A stretch of DNA of 44,080 bases, taken from positions 1 through 44,080 of the forward strand of contig JBIIGG010000001.1 of NCBI GenBank assembly GCA_044236575.1. The letters are read 5' to 3'. Numbering within the stretch: the stretch's first letter is position 1; each line of letters opens with the position of its first letter. Positions 17,813-28,466 of this stretch are shown one piece after another. Source of the DNA: Polynucleobacter sp. GTDB lineage: Bacteria > Pseudomonadota > Gammaproteobacteria > Burkholderiales > Burkholderiaceae. The notes under the pieces are model-generated. The model saw only the letters and a list, made by a program, of their open reading frames with translations, made no database searches and was not told the DNA's origin. The position numbers were made by a program, and so were the translations under genes.

Positions 17813-18795
17813 GTATCGAAGCGAATCAGACCAAGCAAGCCATGCAGACCAATCAAATAAATGAGGCAGGTGAGCTTACGCATTTGCTGACCTTAGAGGG
17901 CATGCCCAAAGAGCAGATTCTGCATATTCTGGATACAGCTCAGCAGTTTGTTAGTGTGACCGATCCAGCGCGCGAAGTAAAAAAAGTACCGCTACTCAGA
18001 GGCAAGAGCGTGTTTAACCTCTTTTTTGAAAACTCCACCCGCACACGCACGACCTTTGAGATTGCCGCCAAGCGTTTGTCGGCTGATGTGATTAATTTAG
18101 ACATTTCGACCTCGTCGACTACCAAGGGAGAGAGTCTGATTGACACGATCGATAATTTGATTGCGATGCAGGCGGACATCTTTGTCGTGCGCCACAGTGT
18201 ATCGCGGGCGCCGATTGAGATTGCCAATCATGTGCCACCCTATGTGCATGTGATTAATGCGGGCGATGGCAGCCATCAGCACCCGACGCAGGGCTTACTC
18301 GACATGTACACCATGCGCCACTTTAAGCAGGACTTTAGTAAGCTCAAGGTGGCGATCGTGGGCGACATCGTCCATAGCCGGGTAGCCAAGTCCAATATTC
18401 ATGCGCTGACAGCATTGGGCTGTACCGATATCCGAGCGATTGGCCCAGAAAGCCTATTGCCTAATGATTTAGATATGCTGGGCGTGAAAGTTTTTCACAG
18501 CATGGAAGAGGGCTTACGCGGCGTAGACGTGGTGATGACCCTGCGCATTCAGAAAGAACGCATGGAGGCTGGCAAGGTTCCTGAGGGAGATGCCTTCTTT
18601 ACGCAGTTTGGTTTAACTGAAGAGCGCCTCGCTTTAGCCAAGCCCGATGCGATTGTGATGCATCCTGGCCCGATGAACCGCGGTGTGGAGATCGATTCCA
18701 AAGTCGCAGATGGCGCGCAGTCGGTCATTCTCAAGCAAGTGACCTTTGGTATTGCAGTACGCATGGCGGTGATGTCGATTGTGGCGGGTAATTAA
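17809..18795 (+). CDS. pyrB: Aspartate carbamoyltransferase catalytic subunit
   Basis: [54 protein letters not shown]. Confidence 0.98.
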   Translation: MSIEANQTKQAMQTNQINEAGELTHLLTLEGMPKEQILHILDTAQQFVSVTDPAREVKKVPLLRGKSVFNLFFENSTRTRTTFEIAAKRLSADVINLDISTSSTTKGESLIDTIDNLIAMQADIFVVRHSVSRAPIEIANHVPPYVHVINAGDGSHQHPTQGLLDMYTMRHFKQDFSKLKVAIVGDIVHSRVAKSNIHALTALGCTDIRAIGPESLLPNDLDMLGVKVFHSMEEGLRGVDVVMTLRIQKERMEAGKVPEGDAFFTQFGLTEERLALAKPDAIVMHPGPMNRGVEIDSKVADGAQSVILKQVTFGIAVRMAVMSIVAGN

Positions 18796-18827
18796 AAGTG
18801 CACGATTAAGAACACAAAATTAAAACA

Positions 18828-20252
18828 GTGACGGCTCCATTACCGCAGATTACTAAGCACAAGCGCTGGCTCATTCTGTCGCACGCATTCAATATGGATG
18901 GCCGGGCGGCGAGTCAAACGATTACCGATAAGATTCCTTATTTTCTAGAGGCTGGAGTAAAGCCTATCGTATTTAGTTCTATTACTGGCATCAAAGACAC
19001 CCGCTTTCCGCACTACCAATTTTTAGCCTGGGGGCCAGCTGCTTTTCGCTTTGACTTTCGGCATTGGTTTGCCAATCAATACGGTCGGGGCCTGCTCTAT
19101 AAAGTCGTGACAACTACCGTTTCCGTCTTACTGGCGCCATTCATTGCCTTGGAGCGAATGCTGCTCGGCCTATCTAGTCAGTGGTCCTGGGCAATGCCTG
19201 CTTACCTGCATGGAAAAAAGCGCATCCGAGATAAGCAAGTGGATTTAGTCTATTCCACAGCGGGCGCTTGGTCTGCGCAGCTGGCTGCCTTGTGGCTCAA
19301 AAAAAGTACCGGTGTCTTTTGGATGACCGAGATACATGATCCACTCGTTATCCGTAATAGCCCAGACGATTTGGGGTTTGTAATACCCAGTAATCGCGAT
19401 GCCCGATTCCGAAAGTGGTTAGAAGCCCAAATCTGCAAACATGCCGATCTCGCCTGGTGGTTTACCGATGGCGCCGTGCATTACGCCAAACTCCGCAATC
19501 CCAATTTAAATGAACCCGGTAATGCCAAAGGGGTGATGGTGATTCCGGGGGCAGAGCCGCCCGGAGCTGCTGAGGAAATAAACTCAACCACTAAGCAGGA
19601 AGAAAAAAAGCAAGTAGAAGAACAAGTAAAAGAAATGCGACCCCATCACTACGGAGCACATTTGGTAATTAGTCACTTTGGCTCCTTGGCCAAGAACCGC
19701 TCCATTTCGACGATCCTCAATCGACTACCCATTCTCTTTAAAAACCATCCGCAAGCGCGCAATGCTATTCAGGTACATGTGTACGGAGCCAAGGTTGACT
19801 CCCTAACTGCAGATGCCATTAGTCAGCATGGGTTTGCAGATCTGGTGATCGAGCATGGCCGGATTGAAAAAGATCCCGTCACCGGTAAGTCGGGGCGCGA
19901 GCGCATTGCGGAGCGCATGCAGGCCTCGGATGTACTTTTACTGCTGCACGGCGACGATGAGTGGTGCGCAGAATATATTCCATCCAAGATGTATGAGTAC
20001 TTTTGGATGGGCAGGCCGATTTTGGCCATCACCCACCGCAATCCCCAGATGAATGCCTTGCTAGCCGAGCGCAATGCCTACATTAGCGCTGCCGATGATG
20101 CAGCTTCAATTGATGGGGCCCTAGAGCGAATTTGGCTAGACTGGCAGCAGAAAAACCTCATTCAATTGACCTGGAAGCCAATTGGGGTGGATCAGGCTGC
20201 GCAAAGAATCTTACAATTGTTAGAGCCCATGCAAACAGCAAAAGCCGCATGA
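18828..20252 (+). CDS. GT-B fold glycosyltransferase (GT4-like)
   Basis: DLVYSTAG, EIHDP, HFGSL, MQASDVLLLL, IPSKMYEYFWMGRPILA. Confidence 0.75.
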   Translation: MTAPLPQITKHKRWLILSHAFNMDGRAASQTITDKIPYFLEAGVKPIVFSSITGIKDTRFPHYQFLAWGPAAFRFDFRHWFANQYGRGLLYKVVTTTVSVLLAPFIALERMLLGLSSQWSWAMPAYLHGKKRIRDKQVDLVYSTAGAWSAQLAALWLKKSTGVFWMTEIHDPLVIRNSPDDLGFVIPSNRDARFRKWLEAQICKHADLAWWFTDGAVHYAKLRNPNLNEPGNAKGVMVIPGAEPPGAAEEINSTTKQEEKKQVEEQVKEMRPHHYGAHLVISHFGSLAKNRSISTILNRLPILFKNHPQARNAIQVHVYGAKVDSLTADAISQHGFADLVIEHGRIEKDPVTGKSGRERIAERMQASDVLLLLHGDDEWCAEYIPSKMYEYFWMGRPILAITHRNPQMNALLAERNAYISAADDAASIDGALERIWLDWQQKNLIQLTWKPIGVDQAAQRILQLLEPMQTAKAA

Positions 20253-20306
20253 AACTGACCAGGCCATTATTTCAATCGATTTCTTCACTAAGTTAATTCC
20301 TATTCT

Positions 20307-21245
20307 ATGACCAATCAACCTGTGCGCAATCTTGTTCTGTACAGCTGTACCTTTCGAAAAGATCTAAACCGAACGGTGAAATTGGCACAGAGTATTCAGA
20401 AGCACAATAGGGCCAACATTCCGTTTTACGTATCGGTTCCCGAAGAAGATGTTTCCCTCTTTAAAGAACACCTCTCTGCATTTGATGTGACGGTCTTTAA
20501 TGAAAAAGAGATATTTGAAAAAAACCCGAAATTAGATATCGCAAAGTTGTATCAAATCCGCGGTGGTCTGCGCCAACAGGTCATCAAGTCGGAATTCTGG
20601 CGCTTGGGTTTATCGGAAAACTATTTAGTACTGGATGCGGATTGCGTCTTTATTCGGGATTTTGATGAGCGTGACTTTATTGTCAAAGATGACATTCCGT
20701 ATTCGATCGTTCATGAGGGCAGGGATGTCTTACAAGCAACCGATCGATTTGGCCCCAAGCAAATTCGCCAGCATTTTTTAAATGACCGTGTACCTATTCG
20801 GCAGGCTTTGGGTAGAGAAGGCGTGACCTATGACTTTGGCTATGCCCCCTTTTTATGGAGCACCAAGGTATGGCAATCCTTGGATAGCAATTACCTCACG
20901 CCCAATGGCATGAGCTTTTTGGATGCCGTTGAGCTCTGTGGCTCCGAGTTCACCTGGTATGGAGAATCCTTAATCAATTTCAGGGCTATTCCTATCTACC
21001 CTAGAGAGCAGCTCTTTAAGCATTACCACTACGAGCACCAGCTGTGGGCCGATCAGCTACTAGGTTATACCGAAGCCATCCTCGCTAAAGACTGCCTAGG
21101 GGTGGTCTATCAATCCAATTGGGAAAGTTGGGGTGACTATGGCCCCAGCAATAAAAGCGTTTCCTCGCGGGTCTTGCGTTCAACCAAGCGCCTTCTCAAA
21201 AAACTGTACTTTAAGTTGCGCATTCTGACCCGTATCTTGGGATGA
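20307..21245 (+). CDS. DUF6492-like putative GT-A glycosyltransferase
   Basis: G..QQVIK, YLVLDADCVFIRDF (DxD), SEFTWYG; LPS context. Confidence 0.55.
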   Translation: MTNQPVRNLVLYSCTFRKDLNRTVKLAQSIQKHNRANIPFYVSVPEEDVSLFKEHLSAFDVTVFNEKEIFEKNPKLDIAKLYQIRGGLRQQVIKSEFWRLGLSENYLVLDADCVFIRDFDERDFIVKDDIPYSIVHEGRDVLQATDRFGPKQIRQHFLNDRVPIRQALGREGVTYDFGYAPFLWSTKVWQSLDSNYLTPNGMSFLDAVELCGSEFTWYGESLINFRAIPIYPREQLFKHYHYEHQLWADQLLGYTEAILAKDCLGVVYQSNWESWGDYGPSNKSVSSRVLRSTKRLLKKLYFKLRILTRILG

Positions 21246-21255
21246 GCTCCCCCTT

Positions 21256-22167
21256 ATGAGCGTCCCTTTACTCGATTTATCTGCAATCACCTTACTCTGC
21301 GTTGAAACCAGAGATCCAGCCCTGGCGCATTTTGCAATGCAGAAGTGTACCCAGCATGCACGCTTTGGCAAGATGGTGCTCATTACGGATTTAGCTAAGC
21401 TGAGTAATCGGTTAGATGATCAAGCCAGCAATCAAGAAGAAGGGCAAGCAGAAGAGCAAGCAGAAGATCAAGAGAAAAAACAGCAGGTAGGTCAACAGGC
21501 AAATCAAAAAGTAGCGAGGTTACAGGGCGTTGACTATGTTCAGGCTCCGCCAATCAATACCACCAAAGACTATTCAAATTTGCTGCTTACCGGTTTACGC
21601 CAATACGTCTCGGGTACGCACGTTTTGATCATTCAGTGGGATAGCTTCATTCTTCATCCTGAGCTGTGGACCAATGACTTTTTGCAATACGACTACATCG
21701 GTGCGGTTTGGCCGCATCACCCCGATACGCCAGTAGGAAATGGCGGCTTTTCGCTCCGCTCAGTCAGGTTACTTGAGGCATTAGAGAGCCCGGCGATCAC
21801 TAAGCGCCACCCTGAAGACTTTTGCATCTGCGACGATAACAAAGCAACTTTAGAAAATCAGTTCGGCATTCGGTTTGCGCCAAGCAATGTCGCAGAGCAG
21901 TTTGCCGTAGAGCGAACGGAATGGCACCCTGCCTTTGGATTTCATGGGTTTTTTAACTTCGGCAAAGTACTGAATTCGCACGAGCTCACTGAATTTCTGC
22001 ATCTACTTCCCGATGCCTATTTGGGTGGGGTGGATACCTACGACTTAATGCAGTATTTGATTAAACACCAGAATAGAGTGCTTGCTGAGTCGATTTGGAA
22101 GCGTGTGAAATTTCGGTGGAAGATGCGGAAAAATTACCTTCGGACTAAATTTAAGTTAATGAATTAA
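21256..22167 (+). CDS. DUF5672-like putative glycosyltransferase
   Basis: HVLIIQWDSF, YDYIGAVW, VGNGGFSLRS, PED, AEQFAVE, FGFHG. Confidence 0.7.
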   Translation: MSVPLLDLSAITLLCVETRDPALAHFAMQKCTQHARFGKMVLITDLAKLSNRLDDQASNQEEGQAEEQAEDQEKKQQVGQQANQKVARLQGVDYVQAPPINTTKDYSNLLLTGLRQYVSGTHVLIIQWDSFILHPELWTNDFLQYDYIGAVWPHHPDTPVGNGGFSLRSVRLLEALESPAITKRHPEDFCICDDNKATLENQFGIRFAPSNVAEQFAVERTEWHPAFGFHGFFNFGKVLNSHELTEFLHLLPDAYLGGVDTYDLMQYLIKHQNRVLAESIWKRVKFRWKMRKNYLRTKFKLMN

Positions 22168-22276
22168 TACCATTGCAAGTAGATATAAAATCAATAAACA
22201 AGAATGATTCTGCAGTTGTCATTAAGCTTGCCCCTATAACAGCAGCAGTATTTGAAATGAGTGGATCTAAAAAAGC

Positions 22277-23140
22277 ATGAAAAAAGTAACAAATAATCCG
22301 TTCATTGCTAGCTTTCTCAATAATAAGTACCGGGATTTGATTCTGAAGCCAGCGCTAAAACTGCTGAATCGAAATCAAAACAAAGCCCAATGCCACTTTT
22401 GGACTATGCCTTACGACTCCATCTGCCAAGCCATCATCCTCAATGGTTTTTATGAGCGTGAGCTATTGCAGGGCATGTGCGCATTAGTAAAGGATAAAAA
22501 CGGAATTGCCCTTGATATTGGGGCCAATATCGGCAATCACAGCCTATTTTTTTCCAAGCACTTTGACGCCGTTATCTCCTTTGAGCCGGTACCCAATAAC
22601 TGCCTTCTCCTCAAGGCTAATCTATTCTTAAACCAGATTCAAAATATCACTCTGGTTGAGAAAGCCCTATCCGATACCAATACCAAAATGGGTATCGATA
22701 AAGGTAATTCCAGAAATACAAATAACACTATTTCCGAATTGCATAAAAAAGATGAAGACGCTGCTAATCAAATCATGGTTGATGTGGTGGTAGGTGATGC
22801 GGAGCTTGAAACATTAAACCTGACCCAAAAAATCACCCTGATTAAGATCGATGTAGAGGGTCATGAGCCGTTTGTGGTGGCAGGCCTTAGAAAAACAATT
22901 GGCACCCACCAACCCATTGTCTATTGGGAGGCCTTTAGCAAAGACGAGGCTGAAAAGACCAAGGCATTACTGATGGAGATGGGATACAGCAACTTTTATC
23001 ACCTGACCACTAAAAAATACCAGAGTCGCCTCCTGAATAAGCTCATTAAATCGTTTACAAACGCAGCCTACCTTGTTGAGTTTGAGCAGTGCACCCAATT
23101 TGATAGTATGAATGTGGCCTCAGTGGCGAAGTTAATGTAG
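22277..23140 (+). CDS. FkbM-family methyltransferase
   Basis: LDIGANIGNHSL, SFEP, LIKIDVEGHEPFVVAG. Confidence 0.9.
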   Translation: MKKVTNNPFIASFLNNKYRDLILKPALKLLNRNQNKAQCHFWTMPYDSICQAIILNGFYERELLQGMCALVKDKNGIALDIGANIGNHSLFFSKHFDAVISFEPVPNNCLLLKANLFLNQIQNITLVEKALSDTNTKMGIDKGNSRNTNNTISELHKKDEDAANQIMVDVVVGDAELETLNLTQKITLIKIDVEGHEPFVVAGLRKTIGTHQPIVYWEAFSKDEAEKTKALLMEMGYSNFYHLTTKKYQSRLLNKLIKSFTNAAYLVEFEQCTQFDSMNVASVAKLM

Positions 23141-23194
23141 CAAGTGCTTATTATTGAGCAGCTCAAAGCGAACCAAAAACCGTCAAGGAAACGA

Positions 23195-24667
23195 ATGCAA
23201 TTCAGCAGTAAAGTTACAGGCTTAGATAAAACCGGCTTAGCGTTGGTGCTGATTAGTTCCGCCCTCTTAGGCATATGGGCAACCATGAATACCATTGCTT
23301 TACGCAATGTCCTGCTTTGGGTCGGCACTGTAATTGCCCTTGCGTATTGGTGGAATTGGTTTAAGACCAATAAAGCCCAGCACACTTTACCCACACTTTC
23401 ATGGCTTTATTTGCTACCAGTGATACTGATTGCACTCATGTTTATTTGGGTAGTGTTGCACTATTTCTTGTTTGCACAAAATCCCCAGCTGCAGTTCAGT
23501 GAATTGAAAAGTACCTGGCTTCGATCCTTTTTGGCGGTCATCCTCGGTTCTGCAACGGGGGTAGCACTCAATCGCAATAGCCGTTTTATGCCCTGGCTCT
23601 GGCTTGGTCTTCTGCTCAGTTTTATCGTGCTGATCTATCAATACATTCCAAAAGCAATAGCCAAGCAAAGCCTCTTTGCGGTCGATTGGTTTGGTGATTA
23701 CATTTTCTGGGCAAAGTTCAGTGGCGTCTTAGCTGGAACCATTCTGATTGCTGGCCTTTTGGGCTTATTAATTGATTCTATTTGGCAGAGCAAAAGAAGG
23801 GCAAATGACATTCAATTAAAAAGCAATGCCAATCGCAAAAAAATAAAGACCAGACTCATACATAGAATTGCAATGCCAATCTATGTTTTTATAGGCATCT
23901 GTCTTGCTGCCTACGCATTTGTGTTTATCTTTGATGCAAAAGCAGGCGTAGGTATGGCCTTTATTCTGATTGCATTCTGGCTTGGAATTGGCCTTCTCTT
24001 TATTTTAAAAAATGCCGCATTAGAACAGGATAAACAGCGCAGAAGAGCGTTCTTAACAAAGTCTTTAATTGTGTTTTTCCTAGTGGTAGCCAGCTTATTC
24101 TGGTTTACCGCAAAACATATTAAAAATAACCCGGGATGGGGAAGTTTGTTTGAGGATATGGCTATGGGTTACCAAATTGAACGGTATCCAAATTGGAAGG
24201 ATCCCATCGGACTGGGTGAGCCTCTGCGTGCCGATGGTAGTAGGGTGGAGGGGAGTGCTTATGTAAGGGTGGCTTGGGCGCGTGCGGGTCTCGAGGTGAT
24301 ATGCAGGCACCCCCTGGGCATTGGTGTTTTTCGCCATTTCCATATTCAAGTCAAAGATCGAGCGCCTAATATCGGCGATATTGTGGTCTACACTCATTCC
24401 GCCTGGGTTGATATTGGACTTGCTTTTGGGGTCCCTGGCCTAGCGTTAATGCCCATTGCCTTGACTGCTCTTTTATTATGCGCAGTGATTAACCCACGAA
24501 TACGCTTTCGAGCTACGATCATTACCGTCGCAATTGCCATTCTTATTTTGTATCTGGTTGGTGAATACGCCTTCCAGCATGGCGTTGAAATTCTGTTTTA
24601 TCTGTCCGGCCTGTTGTGCGGACTAGCCTTGCTTGATTACGCAAAGCTAAAGCCACTTAATGCCTAA
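23195..24667 (+). CDS. O-antigen ligase/polymerase family (Wzy_C) membrane protein
   Basis: Many TM helices, periplasmic loop with R..W, HPLGIG, THSAWVDIGLAFGVPGL; AAGGA SD before ATG 23195. Confidence 0.75.
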   Translation: MQFSSKVTGLDKTGLALVLISSALLGIWATMNTIALRNVLLWVGTVIALAYWWNWFKTNKAQHTLPTLSWLYLLPVILIALMFIWVVLHYFLFAQNPQLQFSELKSTWLRSFLAVILGSATGVALNRNSRFMPWLWLGLLLSFIVLIYQYIPKAIAKQSLFAVDWFGDYIFWAKFSGVLAGTILIAGLLGLLIDSIWQSKRRANDIQLKSNANRKKIKTRLIHRIAMPIYVFIGICLAAYAFVFIFDAKAGVGMAFILIAFWLGIGLLFILKNAALEQDKQRRRAFLTKSLIVFFLVVASLFWFTAKHIKNNPGWGSLFEDMAMGYQIERYPNWKDPIGLGEPLRADGSRVEGSAYVRVAWARAGLEVICRHPLGIGVFRHFHIQVKDRAPNIGDIVVYTHSAWVDIGLAFGVPGLALMPIALTALLLCAVINPRIRFRATIITVAIAILILYLVGEYAFQHGVEILFYLSGLLCGLALLDYAKLKPLNA

Positions 24668-24763
24668 TTGAAGCTTTTCCTCAATGCCGACTAAGGTGAA
24701 ATAGAATAGCTTTTAAATGTTTAAGAATCATAATTAATGTTAGTTAATTATTGGAGCAGCTAA

Positions 24764-25822
24764 GTGATTTTAGTAACTGGCGGCGCAGGTTTTATTGGCA
24801 GCAATTTTGTTCTCGATTGGCTCAAAGACCCAAAGGCCGAAGGCATTGTTAATTTAGACAAACTAACCTATGCGGGTAATTTAGCCACTCTTGATTCTGT
24901 AAAGAGTGACCCTCGGCATATTTTTGTGCATGGCGACATTGGCGATCAAGAGCTCGTTACCAAGCTGTTAAAAGAACATCAACCCAGGGCGATTGTGAAC
25001 TTCGCGGCAGAGAGTCACGTTGATCGGTCGATTCATGGTCCCGCGGAGTTTGTGCAAACCAATATTGTCGGCACCTTTAATTTACTCGAGTGCGCAAGAA
25101 GCTATTGGAATACTTTAGATGAAAGCAAAAAAGCAGACTTCCGCTTTCATCATGTCTCGACGGATGAGGTGTATGGCTCACTTTCAGCAACGGCACCAGC
25201 GTTTACCGAAACCCATCCTTATGAGCCCAATAGCCCGTATTCTGCTTCAAAAGCGGCATCCGATCATTTAGTGCGGGCCTGGTTTCATACCTATGGCTTT
25301 CCGGTCATTACCACTAATTGCTCGAATAACTACGGCCCTTACCATTTCCCCGAAAAGCTGATTCCGCTGGTGATTCTCAATGCTTTAAACGGTAAGCCTT
25401 TGCCTATTTATGGTGATGGTCAGCAGATACGCGATTGGCTCTACGTCGGCGATCACTGCTCTGCCATTCGGGAAGTGCTTGCCAAGGGTAAGCTGGGCGA
25501 AACTTATAACATTGGCGGCTGGAATGAAAAAGCCAATATCGATGTGGTTAAAACCATTTGTAGTATCTTGGATGAACTCAAACCCAAAGCCGATGGCAAA
25601 TCGTATGCTGAGCAAATTACTTTTGTAACAGACAGGCCAGGGCACGATCGCCGTTACGCGATTGATGCGAGTAAACTTAAGCGGGAACTGGGCTGGAAGC
25701 CAAAAGAAACCTTTGATACCGGCATCAAAAAAACGGTTCAGTGGTATTTAGATAATCCAGTTTGGATTGAGGGCGTGGTAAGCGGATCGTATCGCGAGTG
25801 GTTACAAAAACAATATAACTAA
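24764..25822 (+). CDS. rfbB: dTDP-glucose 4,6-dehydratase
   Basis: [51 protein letters not shown]. Confidence 0.98.
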   Translation: MILVTGGAGFIGSNFVLDWLKDPKAEGIVNLDKLTYAGNLATLDSVKSDPRHIFVHGDIGDQELVTKLLKEHQPRAIVNFAAESHVDRSIHGPAEFVQTNIVGTFNLLECARSYWNTLDESKKADFRFHHVSTDEVYGSLSATAPAFTETHPYEPNSPYSASKAASDHLVRAWFHTYGFPVITTNCSNNYGPYHFPEKLIPLVILNALNGKPLPIYGDGQQIRDWLYVGDHCSAIREVLAKGKLGETYNIGGWNEKANIDVVKTICSILDELKPKADGKSYAEQITFVTDRPGHDRRYAIDASKLKRELGWKPKETFDTGIKKTVQWYLDNPVWIEGVVSGSYREWLQKQYN

Positions 25823-25906
25823 GTGCAAAGCTAAAACACAACTAAATTTATAGTTAGCTATGCAGCGATCTACACAACGAACTAGACAAGCATATAAACG
25901 GCCTAT

Positions 25907-26869
25907 ATGAAGATTCTCGTTTTTGGTAAAGATGGCCAGCTGGGTAAAGCGTTTAAGATCGTCTTTGATGCCAGTAAGTTAAATGAAATACACCGAATCC
26001 ATTATGTTGGTCGCGCTGAATGCGATCTGAGCAATGCAGACGCGATTGCCGATTTACTCAATCGAACCAAGCCAGATTTGCTAATCAATGCTGCTGCTTA
26101 TACATCGGTAGATAAGGCAGAAACAGAAGTCGATTTAGCCTATGCGATTAATGCTAAAGCCCCAGAGGTAATGGCAATCTATGTAAAACGCCATGGCGCT
26201 TCTTTCTTGCATTACTCCACTGACTACGTATTTGATGGCAGTAAGAAAACCCCCTATGTAGAGGGCGATACTCGAAATCCACTGGGTATCTACGGTAAAA
26301 GTAAGGCGGCTGGGGAAGAAGCAATTGAAGAAGTATTTGCTAATCTTCCTGCAAACTCGAGTGCGCAATACGGTATTTTAAGAACCAGCTGGGTGTATGG
26401 CAATGGGAGTAACTTCATACGTACGATTTTGCGCTTAGCCAAAGAGCGCGAAACCTTAAAAGTCATTGCCGATCAACATGGCGTCCCAACCAGCGCCGAA
26501 TGGCTAGCTAAAGTGAGTCTGGATTTAGCGCTGGCCGAGAATGGCCAAATCAAGCCATTTCCGTCTGGCATTTACCATGCTGTTCCCAGCGGTCAGACCA
26601 CGTGGCATGGTTTAGCCACATTGGCGGCCCAAGCTGCTGGGGAGGTAGGCATCCCTATAAAAGCTCAGCCTAAAGCCATTCAAGCCATTTTGGCTAGCGA
26701 GTACCCCTTACCCGCACCTAGGCCCATGAATTCCCGGATGGCAACTGGTCGCTTGCAGGCCTTATGGAAAGGCGATGCTGATATCAAAAAGCGGGCTCAA
26801 TTACTGGAACCTTGGGATGGTTTGGTAAAGGCCTACGTACATCAGCTGGTTCACAGTAAACTCATTTAA
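25907..26869 (+). CDS. rfbD: dTDP-4-dehydrorhamnose reductase
   Basis: GKDGQLG, NAAAYTSVDKAE, STDYVFDG, YGKSK, RTSWVY, PAPRP.NS. Confidence 0.96.
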   Translation: MKILVFGKDGQLGKAFKIVFDASKLNEIHRIHYVGRAECDLSNADAIADLLNRTKPDLLINAAAYTSVDKAETEVDLAYAINAKAPEVMAIYVKRHGASFLHYSTDYVFDGSKKTPYVEGDTRNPLGIYGKSKAAGEEAIEEVFANLPANSSAQYGILRTSWVYGNGSNFIRTILRLAKERETLKVIADQHGVPTSAEWLAKVSLDLALAENGQIKPFPSGIYHAVPSGQTTWHGLATLAAQAAGEVGIPIKAQPKAIQAILASEYPLPAPRPMNSRMATGRLQALWKGDADIKKRAQLLEPWDGLVKAYVHQLVHSKLI

Positions 26870-26899
26870 TGCGATTGTTTTTATAAAGGCTTAGTCGGC

Positions 26900-27829
26900 A
26901 TGGCATCACATCCAGTTAATCGAAAGGGCATTATTTTGGCAGGGGGCTCGGGCACGCGCTTATATCCTGTCACGCAGGCTGTTTCTAAACAACTGATGCC
27001 GGTCTACGATAAACCGATGGTGTATTACCCCCTAACCACCTTGATGCTGGCAGGTATTCGGGATATTTTGCTAATTTCTACGCCGCACGATACACCCCGT
27101 TTTACTGAATTGCTTGGTGACGGTTCACAGTGGGGTTTAAATATTCAGTACTGCGTGCAGCCATCGCCCGATGGTTTGGCACAAGCTTTTACCTTGGGCA
27201 AGGACTTTGTAGGCAGCTCACCCAGCGCCTTAGTACTTGGCGACAATATCTTCTATGGCCAGGAGTTAGTTGAGCAGCTGGGCAGTGCCAACAATAAAAC
27301 TGCAGGCGCTACGATCTTTGCCTATCACGTAACTGATCCGGAACGTTATGGCGTAGTGGAATTCGATAAAGATTACAAAGCTCTTTCGATTGAAGAAAAA
27401 CCGCTAAAGCCACGCAGTAGCTATGCGGTAACCGGCCTGTATTTTTATGACAATCAGGTGTGTGACATTGCTGCCTCAATTAAGCCCAGTGCCAGAGGCG
27501 AGCTTGAAATTACTGACGTCAATCGGGTCTATCTCGATAAAAACCAACTCAATGTCGAGATCATGGGCCGCGGCTTTGCCTGGCTCGACACTGGAACGCA
27601 CGACTCCTTGCTGGATGCTGCTGGCTTTATTGCGACTCTCCAAAAACGTCAAGGCCTAATGGTGGCTTGCCCAGAAGAAATTGCGTATCGTCAGGGTTGG
27701 ATTAGTACCGAGGCAGTGCAAAAAGTAGCCGATCAGCTCAAGAAAAACAGCTACGGCCAGTATCTAGTCAGAATACTGAACGAACTTAATACCAGCCCAC
27801 AACCCATTGGCTTATCCAGCAAAAGGTAA
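26900..27829 (+). CDS. rfbA: Glucose-1-phosphate thymidylyltransferase
   Basis: [45 protein letters not shown]. Confidence 0.98.
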   Translation: MASHPVNRKGIILAGGSGTRLYPVTQAVSKQLMPVYDKPMVYYPLTTLMLAGIRDILLISTPHDTPRFTELLGDGSQWGLNIQYCVQPSPDGLAQAFTLGKDFVGSSPSALVLGDNIFYGQELVEQLGSANNKTAGATIFAYHVTDPERYGVVEFDKDYKALSIEEKPLKPRSSYAVTGLYFYDNQVCDIAASIKPSARGELEITDVNRVYLDKNQLNVEIMGRGFAWLDTGTHDSLLDAAGFIATLQKRQGLMVACPEEIAYRQGWISTEAVQKVADQLKKNSYGQYLVRILNELNTSPQPIGLSSKR

Positions 27830-27833
27830 AGTA

Positions 27834-28406
27834 ATGACAGCCGATTCCAATCCAAAATTGCAGGTTACGCCTACCGCCATTCCAGAGGTTTTAATCATTG
27901 AGCCCAAGGTATTTGGTGATAACCGCGGCTGGTTTACTGAATCCTTTAATGCCAGTGACTTTGCAAATGCAAGCGGCCTGAATGTCCAGTTTGTTCAAGA
28001 TAATCATTCTTTCTCTCGGCAGTGGACGCTACGGGGCATGCATTACCAGCTTAAGCATACCCAAGGCAAATTAGTGCGAGTCACTGTTGGCTCGGTATTT
28101 GATGTCGCGGTTGACATGAGAAAAGACTCCAGCAATTTTGGCAAATGGGTGGGCGTAGAGCTCTCAGCTGAAAACCATAAACAGCTGTGGGTGCCACCTG
28201 GTTTTGCCCATGGGTTTTTAGTGTTAACGGAAACTGCCGAGTTTTTATACAAAACAACGGATTACTATGATCCTAGTAGCGAAGCATGCCTGTCGTGGTG
28301 CGATCCCACAATCAACATCGATTGGCCTATTCCGCTGGGTAAACAGGCACTACTTAATGCTAAAGACGCTGCAGGATTGGCCTGGGCTCAGGCACCGAAG
28401 TTCTAA
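27834..28406 (+). CDS. rfbC: dTDP-4-dehydrorhamnose 3,5-epimerase
   Basis: FGDNRGWF.ESFN, FVQDNHS, LRGMHYQ, QGKLVRV, DVAVD, PPGFAHGF. Confidence 0.97.
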   Translation: MTADSNPKLQVTPTAIPEVLIIEPKVFGDNRGWFTESFNASDFANASGLNVQFVQDNHSFSRQWTLRGMHYQLKHTQGKLVRVTVGSVFDVAVDMRKDSSNFGKWVGVELSAENHKQLWVPPGFAHGFLVLTETAEFLYKTTDYYDPSSEACLSWCDPTINIDWPIPLGKQALLNAKDAAGLAWAQAPKF

Positions 28407-28466
28407 TATCCCCACAGCGGTGAATTGACTGTCTTCGTCGTTGGCAAACAATACGATAATGCGGGT

